This document shows, piece after piece, positions 20,497 through 31,277 of a stretch of DNA of 64,000 bases (positions are counted from its first letter, which is position 1; each line of letters begins with the position of its first letter). The translations under genes and the position numbers were made by a program. The notes under the pieces are model-generated. The model was not told the DNA's origin, did no database searches, and was given only the letters and a program-made list of their open reading frames with translations. The DNA lies in NCBI GenBank assembly GCA_963844815.1, contig CAWJPR010000009.1, forward strand, positions 815,130-879,129, given 5' to 3'. The DNA comes from an uncultured Chloroflexia bacterium (GTDB lineage Bacteria > Chloroflexota > Anaerolineae > Fen-1058).

Positions 20497-20521
20497 ACAA
20501 AAAACCCCGCTGCGCGCGGGG
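20497..20521 (-). terminator. Terminator after the antiporter gene
   Basis: ccccgc..gcgggg stem with A-run on + (T-run on -). Confidence 0.6.
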
Positions 20522-20539
20522 CTCAGTCGCCGCTGACCA

Positions 20540-21544
20540 TCAACTCAGCAGATACAGCGCCGCCATCGCGCCCAGATACATGACGACCAACGCTGCGCCA
20601 TCCCAACTGACCCGCCACGGCGTCTTGGGCGAAGCGCGATACATCAGGCTGACAATCACCACCGCCGTCATCATCATGGCGATAATCAGGCCCAGCGCAT
20701 TAGCATTGCTCATCACCGCCCAGAGATTCGCGCCGCCGTCAAACACGTCGTACACGGCCAGCAGCGTGACGTTGAACAGATTGCTGCCCAGCACGTTGCC
20801 AATCGCCAGATCGATCGCGCCGATGCGCACCGCCGTGAGGCTGGCGGTGATTTCCGGCAGGGAAGTGCTGACGCCCAGCAGCAGCGCGCCGACGAAACTC
20901 CGGCCCAGCCCGGTCTCCGCTGAAATCTGATCGGCCAGAGCAGACAGCCACACTCCCGCCGCCACCACCACCAGCGCGGCGCCGAGGAAGGTAAGATACG
21001 CGCGGCGCCGGCTGATGCGATCGTAGTGCAGCACGTCAGCTTCCTGCTCCAGCACTTCGGCGGCGCGTTTGCTCTGAAAGGTGGATAGCAGGCGCGCGCC
21101 GATTAAGTACAGCACGACGATGCCGAGGCTGATCACGCTGACGCCGAAAATGCCGAAGCCGTTGATGGCCGGACCTACCAGCGGCGCGATAGCGATCAGC
21201 CCCATCAGCAGGATGCCCAGTCCGCCCGACAGGATGTGCCCGTCCTGCGCGCGGGACAGGATTGAACCGGGCTGATATGCCACATCCATGATGGCGATTA
21301 GCGTGAGGTTGAACAGGTTGCTGCCCACGATGCCGCCGATGGCGAGATTGGGGGCATTCAGCACCGTGACGGCCGTCACGCCGGAGACCAGTTCAGGCAG
21401 TGAGGTGACACCCGCCAGTAGAATCGCGCCGACCCAGGCGCGGCCCAGGCCGGTCTTTTCGGCGATGACATCCGCATAGCGTGACAACACGCTGGACGCC
21501 GCGACGACGACAATCACGCAGAGGAGGAATTGAATCCAGAGCAC
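20540..21544 (-). CDS. Sodium:calcium antiporter (CaCA/YrbG-like)
   Basis: Duplicated alpha repeats TSLPELV..GSNLFN and TSLPEIT..GNVLGSNLFN; GGGAG before GTG 21544. Confidence 0.9.
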   Translation of the reverse strand: MLWIQFLLCVIVVVAASSVLSRYADVIAEKTGLGRAWVGAILLAGVTSLPELVSGVTAVTVLNAPNLAIGGIVGSNLFNLTLIAIMDVAYQPGSILSRAQDGHILSGGLGILLMGLIAIAPLVGPAINGFGIFGVSVISLGIVVLYLIGARLLSTFQSKRAAEVLEQEADVLHYDRISRRRAYLTFLGAALVVVAAGVWLSALADQISAETGLGRSFVGALLLGVSTSLPEITASLTAVRIGAIDLAIGNVLGSNLFNVTLLAVYDVFDGGANLWAVMSNANALGLIIAMMMTAVVIVSLMYRASPKTPWRVSWDGAALVVMYLGAMAALYLLS

Positions 21545-21762
21545 GAACCATCTCCCGGGTCGGATTTCAGCTGCGACCCATTCTATCACGAGTTCACGAG
21601 CGTTTCCCGATTGGGCAATTGAACCTTTGACCCAGGCTGCAAGTAGTCTGATCGCTCGATCATCTCGGGATGTGGTTGGCACAACCCTGCACCTGGGTTA
21701 TACTCAGCCTGAATCCCGGTCGACACCTTACCTTATCCGCCCCGACTACGACAAGAACCTAC

Positions 21763-24700
21763 ATGGCAACCGACACTTTGTCCCCCGCCGATTCCGTCAC
21801 TCAAGCGCCAGATGGGCATTCACACCGTCATGAGGTGCTGAGACAAATCGCGAAGATCGCCCCCGCGCATCTGCTCAAGATGGCCATCACGCTGCTGGTG
21901 ATCGTCTTCCTCACGCAGTTCCTGCTGATTATGGCCGAGCGCGGGCGCAACGGCCTGCCCGCCGCGCCGGAAACGGCCAGCGTTGAAGCGGCGGCGCAGA
22001 CCTTCAACTACCTGTTTAATCATCCGGCCACGTACTACCTGCACAAAGCCGATATCCCGACCGGCAAGGTTGTCGCCGAAGCTTTTGTGAACAGCGCCGA
22101 ACTATTGTTATTCTCACTGGGACTGGCTACGTTGTTAGGCGTGCCGCTCGGCGTTTTCATGGCTCTCTCCAGGCGGCGCGGCGGGCGCGTCGTCATGCTG
22201 CTCGTCTCGGTGCTGGGCACCTCGATACCCAGTTTCCTGCTGGCCATGCTGCTCTGGATCGTCAACATTCAACTGCACAATCGCTTCGATACGCCGCTGC
22301 TGCCCCTGACCGGGTCAGGCCTGGATGCGCACATCATCCTGCCGGCGCTGGTCTTGATGGCCCGCCCGCTGGCGCAGATCGCGCAGATGACTTACGTGAC
22401 GCTGCAGGATATCATGCGGCACGACTTCATTCGCGTGGCCTATGCCAAAGGCCGATCGCGCTCTGGCGTCATCACCGGCCACGCCTTGAAAAACGCGGCC
22501 ATTCCCATCATGACTACCATGGGCGCGTCGCTGCGCTACTCGCTGGCCAGCCTGCCCATCGTCGAATCGTTCTTTCTGTGGCCGGGCGTCGGCTTGCTGC
22601 TGCTGGAAGCGATTCGTCTGGGCAACGCGCCGCTGGCCACCGATCTCATCGTTTCCCTCGGCTTCCTGTTCCTGCTGTTGAATTTATTGCTGGACTTCAT
22701 GTACCCGTGGATCGATGCGCGGCTGCGCGACAACGGCGCGCATCAAGAATCCGGCGAGCACACCGGCTGGCGCGATCGGCTGCGCGACTGGCGCGCCGGC
22801 GCCGCGGATTGGCGGGACGGCCTGCGCGATCGCCTGCGGCGCGTAATGCGCCGCCAACCCCGGGCGAGCCTGCCGCCCCTGCCGATCAAGCCTGAGGCGA
22901 TCCAGGACACCCTGGACAGCAAACCGATCGAATCGCACCGGCGGGGCTGGCTGCTCAGAACGGCTTTTCACAACGGGCCGCTGCTGATCGGGCTGTGCCT
23001 GTTGATCGTCATGCTGCTGGTGGTCTTCTGGGGCGATCGGCTGACGCTCAACAATCCTTACCAGACGCACGGCGTGCTGATGATCGACGGCAAGATTGCC
23101 GCGCCGCCCTTCAAGCCGGGTATTCGTTTCCCCTGGGGCAGCGATCTGGTGGGGCGTGACATTCAGGCGTTGGTGCTGTGGGGCGCGCGGCAGACGTTAG
23201 CGCTGGCGTTTTTCTCCATGGTTGCGCGTATTTTGCTCGGCACGCTGTTGGGAGCCATCGCCGGCTGGACACAGAACAGCAAGTTCGATCGCCTGGTGAC
23301 CAGCGGCATTGACGTGTGGGCCGCCTTCCCGGTAACCATCTTTGCGATGCTGCTGATTCAAGCCATCGGCATTCAGCAGGGCACCTGGGTCTTCATTGTG
23401 TCGCTGGCCCTGGTGGGCTGGGGTGAAGTGGCGCAATTCGTGCGCAGCAAAGTCCTCGCCATCAAGCCCCAGCCCTACATCGAAGCCGCCCGATCGATCG
23501 GCGCGCAGTCAGGCCGCATGCTCTCACGCCATGTGTTTCCCAATCTATTGTCGTCACTCGTGGTGCTGGCCGCGCTGGAGATGGGCAGCGTCTTGATGCT
23601 GCTGGCCGAACTGGGCTTTCTCAACATCTTTCTGGGCGGCGGCTTCCGCGCCGAGATCGGCGAAGCCGGCCGGATGCAGCCCATCGTCTATTACTTCTCC
23701 GACATTCCTGAATGGGGCGCGCTCCTCTCCAACATCCGCAACTGGTGGCGCAGTAATCCGTGGTTGGTGTGGTACGCCGGCGTGGCATTCTTCGCAACCA
23801 TTATGACCTTCAATCTGCTGGCCGAAGGCTTGCGCCGTTTTCTGGACGAGAGCCGCCTCAACGTGGGCCGGGTACTCAATCGCTACACGGCGCTGGCTGC
23901 GGCGGCAGCCGGGCTGGTGTGGGTATTGTGGACCACCGCGCCCGTGGGGCAGTATAGTGATACAGCGCTGCAATTTGATGCTTCACGCGCGGTCGCAGAC
24001 ATCAAGGCTCTCTCGCTGAGCGATATGGCCAGCCGGGAGACAGGCACACCCGGCGCGAAAGACGCCGCGCAATACATAGAACAGCGCATGAAGGAGATCG
24101 GCTTGCAACCAGCCGGCAGTGATCCCGGTTACATTCAGGAGTTTCCCTGCCCGCGCCTGCATCTGACCGAAACACCGGTGCTGGAGATCGTCGATGGCCA
24201 GGGCATCACGCAATCCCTCCAGTATCGCCGCGATTTTGCCGAGTACGTGTACATGACCAGCACCAGCCTGACGCTCGGCGAGCTGACCGGCCCCATCGTC
24301 GGCCTGGCGCTTGGCCCCGCGCCCGATAAACCTGGCTCCGATCCCTACAGCCTGCGCAAGCTGGGCCTCGACGACAAGATTGTCGTCATCCGCGAATCGC
24401 AAGCGGACAATTTCAACCCGATCATGGCGGGCGGCACGCTGGTGGTCACAGATGATCCGCGCACACTTCAGCGCCGGCATCTTTACGCTCAAACCGGGTT
24501 TATCAGGCCGTCGGGACAACCCACGCTGTACATCACACCGGAAGTGGCCGAGCAGCTCCTGGCGACGGCGGGCAGCAGCCTGGCGGATCTCGATCGCCGG
24601 ATCGAACAGCTCGGCGTCGGCGAAACGGCCACGACGAATACAGGCACAGTGGTCCACCTCAAGACTTCGGCTCAAATGAATGATGAGGATCTGTGCTACA

Positions 24701-25360
24701 ACATTACCGGATCCATTCCTGGCACAGGCGCGCGCACCACGACCGGCGTCACGCAGGCTCTGGACAGCCAGGTAATTTTGATCAGCGCCTATTACGACGG
24801 ATTGGGCACGGGGCCGGACGGCACGCTGTATCCCGGCGCCAATGACAATGCCAGCGGCGTGGCGGCCATGCTGGAAATGGCGCGCGTGCTGAAGGAGAGT
24901 CCCTACGCACCCAAGAAGACCATTGTGTTTTCGGCCTGGACCAACGGTGAGCGCACCGAAGGCTTCAGCGTCAAAAACGTGATGAATGCCAAAAAAGGAT
25001 TTGGCTTGCTGACTGTGGAAGCCGTGCTGGAACTCAGCGGTATGGGCGCAGGGACAGGCGACGCGATTCAACTCAGCGAGGGCAGCAGCTACCGCCTGGT
25101 GCAGCTGCTATCAAACGGCTGCCTCACGCTTAGGCAATGCCGTCACCACGCGCGGGCGCGATCCGCATTTTGGCCTGCCCAGTCAGGCGGGCTTCGGCGG
25201 GCGCAGCGGCCTGACACTCAACGTGAGTTGGGACGGATCGGACGCGACGGCGCATACGCCCCAGGATACCAGTGAAACGATCGATCCGGAGAAGCTGCGC
25301 AAGTCCGGCCAGACGACGCTGCTGGCATTGATGGTGCTGAGCCGGGAAACAGACTATTAG
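21763..25360 (+). CDS. Fusion: DppB-like permease + DppC-like permease + PA/M28 peptidase-like domain; frameshift near 25110
   Basis: DFIRVAYAKG..HALKNA, VESFFLWPGVG; WGSDLVGRDI, PYIEAARSIGA..RHVFPN, PEWGALL; SRETGTPG, ISAYYDGLG, GANDNASGVAAMLE; shifted frame ends AHTPQDTSETIDPEKL..RETDY* at 25360. Confidence 0.85.
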
Positions 25361-25418
25361 TGGCAGCGGGGAACTGCCGATTCACCACCATTGTTACGGG
25401 GAGCAAAGGGAGGCTTGA

Positions 25419-26768
25419 ATGCTCGCGCGCAAGATCCTCTGGTTGTGCATGTGTGTGATGCTGCTGGCAGGCTGCAGCACGCCTGCTGCGCCCGCCCCTT
25501 CGCCTATGCCCGCCCTGCCATCGGCAACTCCGACATTGGCGCGCTCGTTGACCATCAGCTTGCTATATCCGAAAGCGGACACCGAAGCAGAAATGGGGCA
25601 GTCCGCCAAATTCATCGTGCGTGTGACTGACGCGCAAGGTCAAGCCTTGCCTGATGCGCAGGTCATGCTCACGCTGCACGATGCCAGTGGTCAGAAGGTT
25701 GCAACCATTCCGGCCGCAGCAGGCGCTGGCCAGGTTTATCGCACGGAGGCAGTTCCTATACCACATCGCACCGCAGAAGGCCGCTGGCAGATCGATATCG
25801 AAGCCAGAGCTGCTGGCGCGCAGGGCCATCAGGCGGGCAGCTTCAAGGTTAAGAACGGGACGAGTGAAGTCCTGCTGAACAAATACGGCTTCTGGCTGGA
25901 TGCGCCCACGCTCAAAGGCATCGTGCCGCAGCTCGCCGCCGAAAGAGGTGATGCGCGGAATGGGATGATCCGCTGGGGCGGCGTTATTCCGGCACAACAC
26001 GTCCTGCCCGAAAACTGGATCGAACTGCACTGGAAAGAAGGGGACTATCGGCTGGACAGCCCCGCCGCGGCAAGACAATTCCTGCTGAAGGATGTCGGCG
26101 ATCTGGGATTCACTCCAGTGCGCGAGATCGGCCCTTTTCAAGCGACCCGGTTCAAGCAGTGGGATGCCTGGCGGGCAACGGCGCGCGGCCAGCTCGGGGT
26201 TACCCAAATGGAATGGCTGGTCTTCTACGCGCCGGAGGTCGATCGAACGTATGCGCTGGCCACCACAGTCGTGCAGCCGCCGGTTGGCATTGATCCCCAC
26301 GCGGCGCTGCGCGACAGTTTCGCCGTCATGCCCGAGGTTCATGCGGCCGGCGCAGCACCCGAGCCGCTGCTCACCAAACCGTGGCCCGGGCCCGAGCTGC
26401 TCGGTCCGCCGCTGGGCGCTCTCTTTCAAGGCGCGGATCGGCCGATCGTATTGCGATGGAAGCCGTTGAAAGAACTGGCTCCAGACGAATACTATGAGAT
26501 CGACGTCGACTATAATTACAAAGAGACGAATCGGTTGTTCAGGTTTACCACGCGCGAAACCCAAGCGACGCTGCCAGCCGCGCTTTACCAGGAGCCCAAT
26601 TGCGGCGTCTTCAACTGGCAGGTAACGCTCAAGCGGCAAACCGGGACGGCTGAGGATGGGCCGCAGGGCGAAGCGATCAGCTACAACAGCCTGTACTGGT
26701 ATGTGCGCTGGATCTATCCGCCGGGCACTGAGCCTTTCAAAGTGCAGTGCCCCAATCAACAATTCTAA
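25419..26768 (+). CDS. Lipoprotein with Ig-like/FN3-like domains, function unknown
   Basis: GGGAGG RBS; lipobox LAGC; Pro linker; VRVTDAQG..GRWQIDIEA; PIVLRWKP..DEYYEI. Confidence 0.8.
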   Translation: MLARKILWLCMCVMLLAGCSTPAAPAPSPMPALPSATPTLARSLTISLLYPKADTEAEMGQSAKFIVRVTDAQGQALPDAQVMLTLHDASGQKVATIPAAAGAGQVYRTEAVPIPHRTAEGRWQIDIEARAAGAQGHQAGSFKVKNGTSEVLLNKYGFWLDAPTLKGIVPQLAAERGDARNGMIRWGGVIPAQHVLPENWIELHWKEGDYRLDSPAAARQFLLKDVGDLGFTPVREIGPFQATRFKQWDAWRATARGQLGVTQMEWLVFYAPEVDRTYALATTVVQPPVGIDPHAALRDSFAVMPEVHAAGAAPEPLLTKPWPGPELLGPPLGALFQGADRPIVLRWKPLKELAPDEYYEIDVDYNYKETNRLFRFTTRETQATLPAALYQEPNCGVFNWQVTLKRQTGTAEDGPQGEAISYNSLYWYVRWIYPPGTEPFKVQCPNQQF

Positions 26769-26779
26769 AGGAGCTTCCC

Positions 26780-27163
26780 ATGCCCTCTTCACTCGCGCAG
26801 AAACTGCAAATCAAGTCCGGCAAGTTGATCGTGATGAATGCGCCCCAAGGCTACGCCGGGCACTTGGCGCAGGAGTTGAAAGACCTCACCGTGTCCACGC
26901 GCGCCGCCGGGCAGGCTGAGGCTGTGCTGCTCTTCGTCAACTCGCTGGCCGAGGTCGACAAACTGACACTCAAAGCCGCCAAGTTGGTTAAACCGGAGGG
27001 CATGTTGTGGGTCGCTTACGCCAAGGGCGCGTCGAAAGTGAAGACCGATGTGAACCGCGATCGGCTGTGGGCGGCGGTACAGCCGATCGGTTGGCAGCCC
27101 GTTCGGCAAATCGCGCTGGACGAGGTGTGGTCGGCTATGCGCTTCAAGCCCATGGTAGAATAG
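26780..27163 (+). CDS. Conserved small protein (DUF3052-like)
   Basis: LAQKLQIK, LWVAYAKG, TDVNRD, VRQIALDEVWSAMRF. Confidence 0.75.
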   Translation: MPSSLAQKLQIKSGKLIVMNAPQGYAGHLAQELKDLTVSTRAAGQAEAVLLFVNSLAEVDKLTLKAAKLVKPEGMLWVAYAKGASKVKTDVNRDRLWAAVQPIGWQPVRQIALDEVWSAMRFKPMVE

Positions 27164-27200
27164 CCATCTACGCCCCAAACACCCGCACCGGAGGATCACC

Positions 27201-28235
27201 ATGGAAAAATATGGATACCGCTTTTCATTCGGACCGTGGAACATTCACGAAGGGGACGATCCGTTTGGCCCGGCGGTGCGCCCGTCCCGCACCTTCGACG
27301 AAAAACTGGTCGTGTACCAGCAGTTGGGTTTTGATCTGGTGCAGCTTCACGACGACGACGCGGTGCCCAACCTCGACGAGCTGCCACCCGCGCAGATCCG
27401 CGCGGCGGCGCGCGCGCTGCGCCGGAAGATCGCCGATCACGGCCTGGCTGTCGAGTTTGTCGCGCCGCGCCTGTGGGAACATCCCCAGACCATCGACGGG
27501 GCGTACACGGCGAATGATCCCGCGGCCCGCGCGTATGCCCTCGAGCGCTCGAAGAAAGCGGCGGACATCGCGCAGGAACTGGGCGCCGATCTCATGGTGT
27601 TGTGGCTGGCGCGCGAGGGCACCTATCTGCGTGAGGCAAAAAATGCGGGGCGAGCCGCGCACCAATTACTGGAAGCCATCAATACCCTGCTGGCCTACGA
27701 TGCCCAATTGCGCATTGCCGTGGAGCCTAAGCCCAACGAACCGATGGACCTGGCCTACATTCCCACCATGGGGCACGCGCTGGCCCTCGGCTTTCAGTCG
27801 AGCGATCCCAAACGGGTGGGCGTGTTGATGGAGACGGCGCATTCGCTGTTGGCCGGCCTCGATCCCGCCGACGAGATCGGGTTTGCCATGGCCTTCGGCA
27901 AATTGTGGAGCGTGCACCTGAACGATCAGAACGGGCTGAAGTTCGACCAGGATCGGTCTTTCGGGGCGGTGAACCTGCGCGGCGCGTTCAACCAGGTGCG
28001 CGTGCTGGACGAGAATCGCTTCTGGGAAGTAGGCGTGGTGGGCCTGGACGTGAAAGCGCTGCGCACGCAGCCCGCCGAGCTGGCCACCAAGCATCTGCGC
28101 AACAGCCTGCACATGTTCCTGCGCCTGGTGGAACTCTCCCGCTCGCTGGATCGCCGGGCCGTCGAGCAGCTGATCGCCAACCGGGACTACGAAGAACTGG
28201 ACTGGTTGATCCTCGATCACTTGATGGGAAAGTAG
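27201..28235 (+). CDS. xylA: Xylose isomerase-family enzyme (short, class I-like)
   Basis: FSFGPWN, GDDPFGP, LHDDD, WLAREG, EPKPNEP, ETAH, HLNDQNGLKFDQD. Confidence 0.82.
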   Translation: MEKYGYRFSFGPWNIHEGDDPFGPAVRPSRTFDEKLVVYQQLGFDLVQLHDDDAVPNLDELPPAQIRAAARALRRKIADHGLAVEFVAPRLWEHPQTIDGAYTANDPAARAYALERSKKAADIAQELGADLMVLWLAREGTYLREAKNAGRAAHQLLEAINTLLAYDAQLRIAVEPKPNEPMDLAYIPTMGHALALGFQSSDPKRVGVLMETAHSLLAGLDPADEIGFAMAFGKLWSVHLNDQNGLKFDQDRSFGAVNLRGAFNQVRVLDENRFWEVGVVGLDVKALRTQPAELATKHLRNSLHMFLRLVELSRSLDRRAVEQLIANRDYEELDWLILDHLMGK

Positions 28236-28284
28236 GACAGGACTCCCCGGCCTGATCGGCCGCCGGGCGGCTGCGCGGCGATAT

Positions 28285-28848
28285 ATGGTCGAAATCGTCC
28301 CTTATCAGGAAAATTGGCCGTCTGAGTTCCAGGCGATCGCCGCGAGCCTGCGCGGGGCACTGGGCGAGTTGGCCCTGCGCATCGATCACATCGGCTCGAC
28401 CTCGGTGCCGGGCTTGCCCGCCAAAGACGTGATCGACATTCAGATCACGGTCGCCGCGCTTGACGATCGAGTCAGATCGGCCATGGCGGCCCATGGTTAC
28501 ACCCCGCTGGAAGGCTGGCGCGACCACCGCCCGCCCCATGTCCCTGGGCCGGAAACCGAATGGGATAAATTGCTGTTCCTTCCGCCTGCGGGTCAGCGCC
28601 GCACCCATATCCACGCGCGGGTGCAGGGGCGCGCCAATCAACGCTATCCGCTCCTGTTTCGCGACTATCTGCGCGCGCACCCTGCGACCGCCGAGGCCTA
28701 TGCCGAACTCAAGCGCCGCCTGGCGCAACATCTGGCAGACCCAGAAACGTATCCATACGTGAAAGACCCGGCAGTCGATCTCATCTACCTGGCCGCCGAG
28801 GACTGGGCCGCGGCCACGCACTGGCAGGCGGGGCCGCCGGATGCGTGA
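28285..28848 (+). CDS. GrpB-family (UPF0157) nucleotidyltransferase-fold protein
   Basis: IDHIGSTSVPGLPAKDVIDI, LFRDYLRAHP, YAELKRRLA. Confidence 0.92.
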   Translation: MVEIVPYQENWPSEFQAIAASLRGALGELALRIDHIGSTSVPGLPAKDVIDIQITVAALDDRVRSAMAAHGYTPLEGWRDHRPPHVPGPETEWDKLLFLPPAGQRRTHIHARVQGRANQRYPLLFRDYLRAHPATAEAYAELKRRLAQHLADPETYPYVKDPAVDLIYLAAEDWAAATHWQAGPPDA

Positions 28849-28951
28849 AGGCGATGTGAAAAACAGCAAAGATGAAGATCGGACCCACTGAAGGTTGGTC
28901 GGCAGATTTTGATGGAGTATAATCTGGCCAGGGGAAATGGGGAGGTCAGAT

Positions 28952-29203
28952 ATGAGAATTGTCACTTATGAGGGCCGCGTCGAAAAGGGGCAAATCCGTT
29001 TGAAAGACGCCGTGGCGTTGCCGGAAGGCGCACAGGTGTATGTGGTGGTGACATCGTTGGCTGACACAGCTCTCGATCCGGAACCGGCGCAGATTGCAGC
29101 CGACGTGCGGGCGGGCCTCGCTGATTTCGTCGCCGGGCGTGTCGTCGAGATCGAGGCGGCGAATGATTTGGCACGGCTGGTAGCCAAAGGAAATTCGTCA
29201 TGA
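28952..29203 (+). CDS. Small antitoxin-like protein (DUF104/AF2212-like N-terminus)
   Basis: GGAGG RBS; YEGRVEKGQIRL..LPEGAQVYVVV; C-terminal GLADFVAGRV. Confidence 0.65.
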   Translation: MRIVTYEGRVEKGQIRLKDAVALPEGAQVYVVVTSLADTALDPEPAQIAADVRAGLADFVAGRVVEIEAANDLARLVAKGNSS

Positions 29204-29529
29204 TTGGCGAAGTTGAGCGACAACAGAACGAAGTAGCGGCGTTATGCCGACAATATCGCGTGCGCAAGTTGCGTCTATTCGGCTCAGCGGCAACCGGCGC
29301 ATTTGTTCCCGCCACCAGTGACCTGGACTTTGTGGCCGAGTTTGCCAACACGCAAAGCCGCGATTACCCTGATCGCTATTTGGATTTTGCCGAAGCGTTG
29401 GAGAAACTATTCAATCGCCGCGTCGATGTGATCACCGAACGTGCCATTCGAAATCCCTATTTCCGCGCCGAAGTGGAGCGCACGGCCCAAGTGATCTATG
29501 AAACCTACACTGAAGAAACGCCTGCTTGA
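29200..29529 (+). CDS. mntA: MNT minimal nucleotidyltransferase antitoxin
   Basis: LFGSAATG..SDLDF, RRVDVIT, NPYFR. Confidence 0.85.
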   Translation: MIGEVERQQNEVAALCRQYRVRKLRLFGSAATGAFVPATSDLDFVAEFANTQSRDYPDRYLDFAEALEKLFNRRVDVITERAIRNPYFRAEVERTAQVIYETYTEETPA

Positions 29530-29838
29530 CGCGCTCGAGCCTGCCACGCCATTCAGGGCTTTGTGGCTGGCCGCACCTTTGTCGAATACGAGGGCGACCT
29601 GATGCTGCGCTCCGCCGTCGAGCGGCAGTTTGAAATTATCGGCGAAGCCCTGAATCACGCCGAACTAGAGCAGCCTGAACTGACGACATTGATCCCAGAC
29701 CTGCGGCGGATCGTCGGCCTCCGCAATCGCATCATTCATGGCTACGATAGCGTGGACGATCAACTGCTCTGGCAAACAGTTCAGGCGCACGTCCCCTCGT
29801 TGGCGCAGCAGTTGGAACAACTGCTAGCCTCAGACTGA
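29498..29838 (+). CDS. hepT: HEPN (DUF86) RNase toxin; frameshift near 29540
   Basis: ATG 29498 MKPTLKKRLLDALE then SAVERQFEIIGEA and RNRIIHGYD (RX4HXY). Confidence 0.85.
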
Positions 29839-29841
29839 GTA

Positions 29842-29928
29842 TTTCTGCGAAAAGTGGGCGGAGGCTATATCTTCATCCACCGCAGGTTGATGAAGTATTT
29901 TTCATCAGGTGTCACCGCCCAGCCGTAG
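29842..29928 (+). pseudogene. C-terminal remnant of a membrane-associated NACHT protein gene
   Basis: Startless frame reading FLRKVGGGYIFIHRRLMKYF, matching the remembered C-terminal motif of such proteins. Confidence 0.55.
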
Positions 29929-29976
29929 GCGGGGAGACGGCGCGAGTGAAGCGAAGGGTCTTGATGACCATATTCC

Positions 29977-31078
29977 ATGAGCGACGCGAGCGATCTCATC
30001 CTGCAATTGCACAATAGCGAGTGGGTTTCGCGGGTTCTGAGGCGGACAGGCGCGAAACCGCTTGGCGTTATCCTGGTCGTCATCACCTGCAATCTCCTCA
30101 CTGGCGTCATCCTCGCTGCCTCCTCTCAAATCTGGCTGCCGGGTCGGGCACGGGAAATTTGGTTGTCTGGCTTGCTGCTGCAAGCGGCCATACTGGTATT
30201 TCAAGCGGCGGTGATTGGCGCTTACTGCTGGTCGCAATCAGCCATGCAGCAGTTGTTTGGGCAAATCGTCAGTGAAGGTGTGCTGGCGTCCGAAGCGGAT
30301 TGGCAGACTTTCGCTGGTCACCTTGCGCAATCGCCTCCACAGCAAATGGCTTCCACCCGCGGCGATCTTCGTCGGCGTGATATCTTGCGCGATTAGCCTG
30401 GTCGTCTACGCGCAGCCGCTGACGTTATGGCAGGCGGCTGCGCAGCCACTGGCGCTTGCGGCGCGCTTGCCAGTGGATTTTCTCGCGTTCTACCTCCTGG
30501 CCATTGCAGTCTACGACCTGGTCGTGGTCACGCTGGCCATCAACGACTTGTTCAGAAATCAACGGATTCAGGTGCAGCCCTTTCACCCCGACAAAGCCGG
30601 GGGCCTGGGCGCTGTCGGCCGCTTCGTCGCCAATATCGGCTACGGCATTGGCGCGATGGGGTTGTTCCTGCTGCTGGTCTGGCTCCAGAGTTCCATCAAC
30701 TCAACGACCCTGAATAACCTCTTGCTGATCGCGATGTTCAGCGTTTACGTGCTGCTGGCGCCTGCGAGTTTCTTCATCCCGCTCTGGTCGGCGCATACCG
30801 CCATGCGGGCCTACCGGAATCGACTGAGCAAAGCCGTCTCACAGGAATTTGACAGCGTCTTCGCGCGGCTGCACACTCCGCGAGTCGAGGATGCCGATCA
30901 AGCTGAGCTGCTCCTGAAACGCATCCGGCAGCTTGACGAAGAGCGCGAGCTGCTCGAGCGGTTCCCGGTCTGGCCGTTTGCTGCCTCAAGCGTTAGAAAG
31001 TTCTTCGGCCTGGCCTTATCACCGCTGATACCCATTGTAACTACACTTGTGCTGGATTTGCTTGCCCGGCTCTTTTGA
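29977..31078 (+). CDS. Multi-pass membrane protein; frameshift near 30325
   Basis: Two overlapping hydrophobic ORFs; QPFHPDKAGGLG, FFIPLWSAH..M, FPVWPF. Confidence 0.7.
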
Positions 31079-31142
31079 CATACAGCCAAAGCTGGCGCAT
31101 ATATCGGTAGAAGCCAGGGCGGCCATCATCCTTGCCGAGAAC

Positions 31143-31185
31143 ACAAAACTCCCCTGCCCGCCTCTTGAGCAAGGGAGTTTTCATT
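31143..31185. terminator. Bidirectional-type terminator, copy A
   Basis: aaaactcccctgc..gcaagggagtttt. Confidence 0.7.
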
Positions 31186-31277
31186 GACACATGGTATAAA
31201 TAAATCTATACGGATAGCATCACAGCCAAGGGAGTTTCTGCGACGTTACGATTATTCCACAGCCATCAGGAGGAGCC

